Part shown: positions 56,964 through 64,000 of the stretch, in pieces
How the letters are laid out: each line of letters opens with the position of its first letter
Position numbering within the stretch: position 1 is the first letter of the stretch
DNA from: Candidatus Uhrbacteria bacterium
GTDB taxonomy: Bacteria; Patescibacteriota; Patescibacteriia; UBA9934
NCBI GenBank assembly: GCA_943359525.1
Contig: CALRHV010000003.1
Coordinates: 521-64,520 of the forward strand
Direction of reading: 5' to 3'
Length of the DNA: 64,000 nucleotides
The notes under the pieces: model-generated
What the model saw: the letters and a program-made list of their open reading frames with translations, nothing else
Database searches by the model: none
What the model was told of the DNA's origin: nothing
Position numbers and translations under genes: made by a program

Positions 56964-57887
56964 ATGAAAAAATCACTTGTCACTGGCGGCTCTGGTTTTA
57001 TCGGTTCCCATCTTGTGGATACCTTGGTCGATCGCGGCGACATTGTTACCGTCGTCGATCTCGTTGAGCCAGCGCCAGATCGGCGAAATGCGAAGGCCAC
57101 CTACATTCTTTGCGATATTCGCGATCGGAAGCTTGAACAGATCGTGGTCGATGTCGCACCCGAAATCGTTTTCCATCTTGCAGCACACATCGACGACCGC
57201 GCATCCGTTCTTGATCCAATGATGAACGCCGAACACAACGAACTTGGGTCAATTAACGTATTTGAATCCGCAAAACGCGCCGGTGCTTCATCTATTATTT
57301 TTGCATCAAGCTGTGCGGCGTACGGATTGCCAGAGGCGATTCCCGTAAAAGAATCCGCAGCAGTCCACCCGCAAACTCCATACGGTATTTCGAAGTTCGC
57401 TGCGGAGGCGTACCTCAATTCTTATGCGATCCGATACGGGATTCACGCCGTGTCACTTCGATTCGCGAATGTGTACGGCCCGCGACAATACGGCAATAAA
57501 GAAGCAGGTGCGATTGCGATTTTTACGGAAAAGTTGTTGCACGGTGAATCCCCATTTTTGAATGGGGATGGAACAACAACGCGAGATTACGTCTTCGTGC
57601 ACGATATTGTTGCGGCATTGATTGCGGCGTCGGCTAGTACGGAATCCGGTGTGTACAATGTAGGAACTGGACGGGAAGTGTCCACGAACGCATTGTTTAA
57701 AATGATCGCTGGAGAGCTTGGCACGGATATTCTGTCAACGCCTCGCCCCGAAGTGAAAGATGCGGTGACGCGAATGAGCCTGGATACAGCAACGATTCGA
57801 AAAGCGATGTTTTGGCAGTCGACGGTAGAGCTTGAAGAGGGAATTCGTGAAACTATTGCCTGGTATCGGGAGTTTCTGAAGATGTGA
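56964..57887 (+). CDS. NAD-dependent epimerase/dehydratase (UDP-glucose 4-epimerase-like)
   Basis: TGGSGFIGSH, HLAA, YGISK, LRFANVYGPRQ, TRDYVFV. Confidence 0.93.
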   Translation: MKKSLVTGGSGFIGSHLVDTLVDRGDIVTVVDLVEPAPDRRNAKATYILCDIRDRKLEQIVVDVAPEIVFHLAAHIDDRASVLDPMMNAEHNELGSINVFESAKRAGASSIIFASSCAAYGLPEAIPVKESAAVHPQTPYGISKFAAEAYLNSYAIRYGIHAVSLRFANVYGPRQYGNKEAGAIAIFTEKLLHGESPFLNGDGTTTRDYVFVHDIVAALIAASASTESGVYNVGTGREVSTNALFKMIAGELGTDILSTPRPEVKDAVTRMSLDTATIRKAMFWQSTVELEEGIRETIAWYREFLKM

Positions 57888-58660
57888 AAAAGTCTTACGG
57901 CCAACATTTCCTCCACGACAAGAACATCATTGCAAAGATTGTTGGTGCGGTTTCGGTTGAGCCTGGTGAGCTTTTAATCGAGGTTGGCCCTGGCGCCGGG
58001 GCGTTGACTGAAGGCCTCGCCGATCTTGCCGTGGGAGCGATGACGCTCATCGAAGCCGATCGAGACCTCATTCCTTCCCTCCGCGATCGGTTTCCTCACG
58101 CAGAAATCGTTCAAGCCGATGCGGCATTGGTTGATTACGATGCTCTCACTCACGATCGACCATGGGTTTTCGTTAGTAATCTTCCGTACAACGCCGGAAA
58201 TGCGATTCTTGAGAAAGTCTTTACCTCGAAGAATCCGCCACGCCAGCTCGTGGTAATGGTTCAGAAGGAAGTAGGGGAGCGCATGATGGCAAAAGCCGGG
58301 GAAATGAGCGTGCTCTCTGTTGCAACGCAGCTGTATTGCGACGTTGAGCGTTTGTTTATCGTCAAACCCGGTGCATTTATTCCTCCGCCAAAGGTGGACT
58401 CGATTGTGCTTCGGATGACTACAAAAGTCGGAGGCTCCGATCGCGAACCCATCATCGCACTCGCGAAAATCGGTTTTGCCCATCGCCGTAAACAGCTCAG
58501 GCAAACCCTCGCGCAGGCAAACGTCGCCGATCTTGTAGCGATCGATTCCGCAATCGAATTCATCGGATTTCCAAAAACCGTCCGTCCACAGGAGTTGCGA
58601 ACAGAAGATTGGATGAAGTTATATTCCGTCTTTGCGAGCATAGCGAAGCAATCTAGGTGA
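57884..58660 (+). CDS. rsmA: 16S rRNA m62A dimethyltransferase RsmA/KsgA
   Basis: KKSYGQHFL, EVGPG.G.LT, NLPYN, MVQKEV, F.PPPKVDS, RRKQL. Confidence 0.96.
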   Translation: MKKSYGQHFLHDKNIIAKIVGAVSVEPGELLIEVGPGAGALTEGLADLAVGAMTLIEADRDLIPSLRDRFPHAEIVQADAALVDYDALTHDRPWVFVSNLPYNAGNAILEKVFTSKNPPRQLVVMVQKEVGERMMAKAGEMSVLSVATQLYCDVERLFIVKPGAFIPPPKVDSIVLRMTTKVGGSDREPIIALAKIGFAHRRKQLRQTLAQANVADLVAIDSAIEFIGFPKTVRPQELRTEDWMKLYSVFASIAKQSR

Positions 58661-58701
58661 ACTTGATTGCCGCGTCGGGATTACCCTCCTCGCAATGACG
58701 G
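58626..58701. repeat. REP-like palindrome (GTCATTGCGAG family) overlapping the rsmA 3' end
   Basis: ccgtctttgcgag...gaagcaatc / gattgccgcgtc...ctcgcaatgacgg. Confidence 0.75.
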
Positions 58702-58785
58702 AGGCTCTGAACACATCCGTGTTCCTGTGTATACACGGGAAGTGTTCACCCCCTATCGATGATATACTTTACGAAGCGACAAGGG

Positions 58786-58900
58786 CTTTCTCATTTGAGA
58801 CTATTTTCGATGAACAAGGAACAAAGTTCGCGAGACGTACTTCTCGGTACGACGAGCGAATTTGCGACGCAGTGAGTCGAAAAGAGGCCAAATGAGGAAG
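58786..58900 (+). repeat. Palindromic element copy A
   Basis: ctttctcatttg/caaatgaggaag; TTTCGATGAA...GAGACGTAC-n6-GTACGACGA...GTGAGTCGAAAA. Confidence 0.8.
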
Positions 58901-58915
58901 ACCGCGATATTGCGT

Positions 58916-59653
58916 ATGGCGGAGGGAGAAAGAATCATCATCACGCGAAAAAAAGCCGTCCTGAACCGCGAACAAAAAACGGGGTTGGGTATGGTGGTCG
59001 GCTTTGGGTCGCTTGCACTCGTTTTTGGAGTGTTTTTCCTGTGGAAGCACATTGCTTCCCCATTTGTGATTTCGTACGTTGGTCCGAAGTTTCTCACTGG
59101 CGACGAAAAGGAACAGCAAGAAATGGAAACGCTCAAGAAGCAGGATACAGATGCCGATGGTCTCGATGACTACAGCGAGCTGTACATTTACAAGACGAGC
59201 CCGTACCTCAAGGATTCCGATAGCGACGGCGCGGAGGACAAAACGGAGATTTCTCAAGGTGAAGATCCAAATTGTGCACCAAACATGCCTTGCGCAACAG
59301 CCGCAGCAGATACGGTGAACCCGGAAACACTTAAAGGTACTTTCGCGGAACAGATTGCAGCAGAGGCTGGAGCAACGCCAGCTCCTGAGGCGCCAGCAAC
59401 ATCGGTGGATATTCAGGCTACGCTCGCAGCAATGACGACAGACCAAATCCGAACATTGCTCATTCAGGCCGGTGGCGACACAGCGGTGATCAATGCACTT
59501 TCCGACGACGATCTTCGTGCGGCATTAGCACAGGCCATTACACAGATGCAGGTTGAGGATGCGGCAACTGCTGACGCTTCGGCTTCTGCTGGGTCTGCAC
59601 CATCGGACACCGCAGATACAACGGAAGATTCCACTCAAACCACACAGGAATAG
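58916..59653 (+). CDS. Membrane-anchored protein with thrombospondin type 3-like Ca-binding repeats
   Basis: TM, then DTDADGLDDYSE...TSPY..DSDSDG..D..E...G.DPNC. Confidence 0.8.
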   Translation: MAEGERIIITRKKAVLNREQKTGLGMVVGFGSLALVFGVFFLWKHIASPFVISYVGPKFLTGDEKEQQEMETLKKQDTDADGLDDYSELYIYKTSPYLKDSDSDGAEDKTEISQGEDPNCAPNMPCATAAADTVNPETLKGTFAEQIAAEAGATPAPEAPATSVDIQATLAAMTTDQIRTLLIQAGGDTAVINALSDDDLRAALAQAITQMQVEDAATADASASAGSAPSDTADTTEDSTQTTQE

Positions 59654-59656
59654 CGT

Positions 59657-62600
59657 ATGAAGGATCGCTTTCGAAAATTTGGTGCCACGGCGTTGCTCAT
59701 GCTCGCGACGTTTACGTTTTCGTCTGCAGCCTTGTTTACGCCAAAAACAGCATACGCAGTGCCAACAGAAATTGTTGGCGATGCTCCGCGTATTACGGAA
59801 TGGATTTTGAGCGCACTGAAGTATCTTGGCCAAACCGCATTGATCGCTTCTGTTTCTACTGCGATGATTAATACCGTGACGTACGCCACGGACCGTTTAG
59901 CATACGACGCCGCGGTATACATTGCCGCGGGTGGCAATGGAGAGGATCCGTTGTTTGATAATCGCACTGCGGGTGATTATTTCGCCGACTACGGCGCATC
60001 CGTCGCCGGAGAAGCACTCGGCGCCATTGACGACACGGGAATCCTTGGAAACTTTAGTTTGTGTGAACCAAGCGCTTCTGGTGTAACGCTCGCATTCAAA
60101 TTTGGTATTCAGAGCGCGTTTAGTCGGCCGGAGCCAGAGTGTAAATGGAACGAAGTCTCAGAAAACTGGGGAGGCTTTCTCAGTAGTGTTGCATCCATGG
60201 CGGAGGATCCTTTTGGAAAGAACTCTCTCATCACTGCAAAGCTTGCGGACATGTATAACCCAAAGTCCAGCGATCTTTCGGTTGGTATTCAGTTGTATAG
60301 CGATGTACTGAACAAGGCACGTACTGATGCGGCAAATAATACGTTGCGCGAAATGTTCAGTGGATTCTTTAAATCGAAGACGAATTTCATTACGGGAAAA
60401 GTTGAAACACCGGCGGAACTTATCCAGAAACGATTGGACGCAACAATGATGGCTTCCGACAGTATCCGGAATCAGATTGCCGTACAGGCACTCGGCGACA
60501 AGGAAGTGTTGCTGCAAATCGCGAAACACGCCGGATCTGTTTTTACAAACACGCTGCTCTCAAAGGTGACGGAAAAGTTGTATGACGGTTTGTTTGGCGG
60601 GCTTGATCAGACGGCTATCGACCCGTTCAATATTGACGGTGTTGGAACGAGCAATTCGGAAGACGCACGTCAGTCGTTCCGAAGTTTCTTAACCGCCGTA
60701 CCGCTGTCTGTAGAAAATTACAGTCAGCTCCAGGAATTTAGCGCGTGTCCGTCGCAGGGGAAGAGTTTGTATAACTGTGTTGCGGATTCGTCTTTGGTTT
60801 CTGCGGTGAGCCGTGCGGATTCCGGTATTCCCATGACTGTTGCTGAGGCCATTGAGGAGGGATTGTTGAATGGTTCGTGGCCGCTCATTTCATCAGCGGA
60901 CAGCGCCAGGGATCAGGATCAATTCTGCTACACGTACGGATATTGTCATGGAAACCTGGTGAAACTCAGGAAGGCTCGTATCATTTCTACAGGATGGGAA
61001 CTGGCAGCAGAATCGAATGCGAATAGCGAGAACAGTCCGGTTACACTTGGTGAAGTGGTAAGCGCATTTAATGACTGTAACGATCAGGGCGAACTGGACG
61101 ACAATCATCCGTGGTGTCACTTGATTGATCCAAACTGGGTGCTGAAGTATCCGGAAACACAATGCAAGGCGTTGGTGTACGGCGAACAGCTTGTTGCGTC
61201 GGTGACCGATGAGCGCCAGGATATTTGTGTAGACATGCCGAGCTGTATTGATGAGGACGGCGACGGAAACTGTACTGGTGGATACGGCTACTGTGTTCGC
61301 GAGGAAAACGTGTGGCGTTTCCGCGGAGAAGAATGTCCGGACTATTACGCATCGTGTACCACATACGAAGATCCAAATGGGGAAAACTTCGATTTCCTTT
61401 CGAACACCACAAATTCCGACAACTGTACCGCGGATTCCGTGGGGTGTTTGTGGTATGCAACGCAGAAGGAAGATGATGATTTTGTGGCTGTCGCAGACAC
61501 AGCAGACGACATCTATAAAAATCGCATCTACTTCACGTCGGAAGTCGCGGACTGTGAATCGGACGACGCCGGATGTAAGGAGTTGGTTTCTCGCACAGAC
61601 GGTGTGACGCTCAACATGATTGGTAATCCATCATTTGAGGACGATACAGACGATGACGGTGTTCCAGATGGATGGGTTGTTACAGGAACAAGCGGGGAAT
61701 ACAGCACCGACTCGTCGGTGATGCTCGACGGATCCGATGCGGTGAATCCTGGAAGCGGAAACAGTTATTCCCAGCAGGGCATTGTGTTGTCGCAGGGTGC
61801 GGAGTACACGTTGTCATTTTATGCGGCGCAATCCTCAAGCGGCGCAACAACTGGTGCATGGATCGCTCTTAATACAAATGTTGCTGAAACAGTTGATTTC
61901 GGTGGCTTCGCCATTGACGGCGACTGCGCGATGTACTCCAACACCAACGAGCTCGGATTCCTCACAAGCGCGCCAACAGGCACCGACTATGAGCGCTATT
62001 CCTGTACGTTTACTGTTCCGGTGCTTTCCGATACTGGTGCAGAAATCACTGCAACCGTTTTGGTGACGGCCTCCGATCTTTGGTACGACGAGATGCAGCT
62101 TGAACAAGAATCGTCTGCGTCGGAATATCACGAAGGCTACAGTAGTACCACGCTCGACTTGGCATATGTGAAGGTTGCGCCGGCGTACCTTGGTTGTACT
62201 GGCGACAGTACAACCGACGCCGCGAACTGTGCGGACTACGCCACGATGTGTTCGGAAACCGACGTTGGATGCTCGCTCTACACACCAACAAACGGGGATC
62301 CTTCTGTTGCCGGAATTACCGACAGCCTTGATGTATGTCCAGAGTCGTGTGTGGGATACGACACGTTTAAGCAGGAGGCAACGCTCTACGAACCGGACGG
62401 TGATTTCCCAATCTATTTCATTCCAGATACCGCCGAAGCATGTTCGGCACAGGCGGTTGGTTGCGACGAATTTACTGACATCACAACGGAAGCCGCGTCG
62501 TACTTTACGAATCTCCGTGCATGTTTGACGGGCGATCAAGCCGACCTTAATGCCGCAGGAGAAGATCAGGCTGCCGTATTTTATACATGGGAAGGGTCGG

Positions 62601-64000
62601 ACACCGATGGATATCAGCTCAAAACTTGGAATTTGGTGGAGTCGGACATAAGTTCAGTTTATGCTCCGTTGGCGTATTCGGGTAGCGGAGAGGACGACGA
62701 CGCGCCACAGTCTGCGCCATGTACACGTTGGTCGGCGACGGCAACGGGAATTACGTGTAACGACGACTCGGTGACTGCTGGAAAGCTTGATTCTGATAGC
62801 GAGTATTGCGACGAGCACGACGACACCATTACCAATCCGGACTGCCGCGAATTCTACGACGCAAGCGGAATTATTCACTACCGATCGTGGTCGAAAACGA
62901 TTACGGTGAGCAATTCGTGTGTGACGTATCGAAAAACAAGTATTGTTGGAGCCGATGCCACAACGCAAGAAGCGAACTGCACTGGATCTGGTGGATATTA
63001 CGATTCAAGCACCGCAGAATGTCGCTACTACGGATTTACCAATGAAAGCACGACGTGTTCGGAAAGCGAATCTGGATGTCGCGAATACACCGGAGGACGA
63101 AGCCGTAACAGCCGCCAAGCGCTCACGGAATACTTCGAGGATGGCGATCTCACAAACTGGGACGCGGCGAGCGCAACAGACGTCACGCTTTCAAATGAGT
63201 CGATTGCAACAGACGGACACTCGTTGTCTTCGGTTGGTGAATCGGTCTGGACGTATGTTGGAGCGCAAGCAGCAACAGCAGTATGTGCGGAATCGGTTAC
63301 CGATGCAGGATGTGCGAGCGTTGACGGATCACTTGGCGGAAGCTGCACTATCAGTAATGGTGAATATTATTGCGGTACGTTGAACGAGGAGCTCTTTGCC
63401 GATAAAACATATACGATCTCGTTCTGGGCAAAGGGAACGGGAGCACTCATGGTTGGATTCGATACGGCGGTTGAAATCAATGCTGTCGGGAATGGCACTG
63501 GCGCTGTCGACGCATCATTCTTTGCAACAGCCATCGAACTCGATACGGACTGGAACGAATACTCGTACGGACCGCTGGACATGAATAGCACAACGTATCC
63601 AAGCTTCGGCGGCGGATCGTCCGCACTCGTCTTTACGCCTGGATCGTCGAGTGACACTTTCTTTATCGACAATGTGGTGCTTCGCGAGGGTGAAGACAAT
63701 ATCGATGTCATTAAAGATTCTTGGGTAACGCCAGCGGCATGCGACGAAACTGCGGAGGGCACGTCGTCGCCGCAATACATGCTTGGTTGTCAGGAATACA
63801 CAGATCAGAATGGCGACGTGTCCAATCTGAAGAGCTTCAGTTCGCTATGTGAGGAATCCCAAGTTGGGTGTTCCGCGTACTTCCTTACGCAAGAATCCGA
63901 CGCAACAACTGCGGCGGTGTACGGCGGATACTGCAGCACGATTGACGGCGCAGTAGCGACGTCGGCAACGGCGTGTTACTACGCGCTCGATAGTGCTGAA
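59657..64000 (+). CDS. Giant Cys-rich secreted/surface protein with carbohydrate-binding-module-like domains (3'-truncated)
   Basis: ATG 59657, signal peptide MKDRFRKFGATALLMLATFTF...AYA; no in-frame stop seen to the window end (absent from the ORF track); dense Cys motifs and NMIGNPSFE..DG.PDGW. Confidence 0.85.
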   Translation, partial: MKDRFRKFGATALLMLATFTFSSAALFTPKTAYAVPTEIVGDAPRITEWILSALKYLGQTALIASVSTAMINTVTYATDRLAYDAAVYIAAGGNGEDPLFDNRTAGDYFADYGASVAGEALGAIDDTGILGNFSLCEPSASGVTLAFKFGIQSAFSRPEPECKWNEVSENWGGFLSSVASMAEDPFGKNSLITAKLADMYNPKSSDLSVGIQLYSDVLNKARTDAANNTLREMFSGFFKSKTNFITGKVETPAELIQKRLDATMMASDSIRNQIAVQALGDKEVLLQIAKHAGSVFTNTLLSKVTEKLYDGLFGGLDQTAIDPFNIDGVGTSNSEDARQSFRSFLTAVPLSVENYSQLQEFSACPSQGKSLYNCVADSSLVSAVSRADSGIPMTVAEAIEEGLLNGSWPLISSADSARDQDQFCYTYGYCHGNLVKLRKARIISTGWELAAESNANSENSPVTLGEVVSAFNDCNDQGELDDNHPWCHLIDPNWVLKYPETQCKALVYGEQLVASVTDERQDICVDMPSCIDEDGDGNCTGGYGYCVREENVWRFRGEECPDYYASCTTYEDPNGENFDFLSNTTNSDNCTADSVGCLWYATQKEDDDFVAVADTADDIYKNRIYFTSEVADCESDDAGCKELVSRTDGVTLNMIGNPSFEDDTDDDGVPDGWVVTGTSGEYSTDSSVMLDGSDAVNPGSGNSYSQQGIVLSQGAEYTLSFYAAQSSSGATTGAWIALNTNVAETVDFGGFAIDGDCAMYSNTNELGFLTSAPTGTDYERYSCTFTVPVLSDTGAEITATVLVTASDLWYDEMQLEQESSASEYHEGYSSTTLDLAYVKVAPAYLGCTGDSTTDAANCADYATMCSETDVGCSLYTPTNGDPSVAGITDSLDVCPESCVGYDTFKQEATLYEPDGDFPIYFIPDTAEACSAQAVGCDEFTDITTEAASYFTNLRACLTGDQADLNAAGEDQAAVFYTWEGSDTDGYQLKTWNLVESDISSVYAPLAYSGSGEDDDAPQSAPCTRWSATATGITCNDDSVTAGKLDSDSEYCDEHDDTITNPDCREFYDASGIIHYRSWSKTITVSNSCVTYRKTSIVGADATTQEANCTGSGGYYDSSTAECRYYGFTNESTTCSESESGCREYTGGRSRNSRQALTEYFEDGDLTNWDAASATDVTLSNESIATDGHSLSSVGESVWTYVGAQAATAVCAESVTDAGCASVDGSLGGSCTISNGEYYCGTLNEELFADKTYTISFWAKGTGALMVGFDTAVEINAVGNGTGAVDASFFATAIELDTDWNEYSYGPLDMNSTTYPSFGGGSSALVFTPGSSSDTFFIDNVVLREGEDNIDVIKDSWVTPAACDETAEGTSSPQYMLGCQEYTDQNGDVSNLKSFSSLCEESQVGCSAYFLTQESDATTAAVYGGYCSTIDGAVATSATACYYALDSAE

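Noticed and set aside
59635-63780. Many short ORFs listed in the track over the last 4.3 kb
   Set aside because: Alternative-frame or antisense fragments of the single giant ORF starting at 59657
1-64000. Alternative genetic code 25 (TGA=Gly) as in some CPR lineages
   Set aside because: tdk and rsmA end at TGA, long genes are intact under code 11, and RF2 is present

Overview
64 kb of a small-genome bacterium that looks like Patescibacteria/CPR (inferred from gene content: CPR-type pilin, DUF4012, FemX, VKOR/DsbA, giant Cys-rich surface protein). TGA is used as a stop (code 11). The housekeeping backbone comprises ruvA, tdk, trpS, secG, rplS, rluD, valS, tyrS, argS, nusA, yidC, groES/EL, prfB and rsmA, plus a glycosyltransferase/sugar-transferase cluster, six tRNAs (all CCA-encoded, including a rare tRNA-Ile(UAU)) and the RNase P RNA. 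The most striking signals are non-coding. (1) A ~115-128 bp palindromic element occurs four times with covarying outer stems and invariant tandem G.A motifs; one copy sits inside rnpB and two bracket tRNA-Val(GAC). (2) An unannotated ~400-nt structured RNA candidate with its own promoter and terminator follows groEL. (3) A ~490-bp G.U-rich fold-back lies upstream of groES. Also notable: a LAGLIDADG ORF that contains the promoter and 5' half of tRNA-Leu, three tandem ORFan paralogs with a conserved 3' element, apparently inactivated CCA-enzyme homologs, and a giant Cys-rich ORF (>1448 codons) that runs off the window. All calls are from reading the sequence; no database searches were run.
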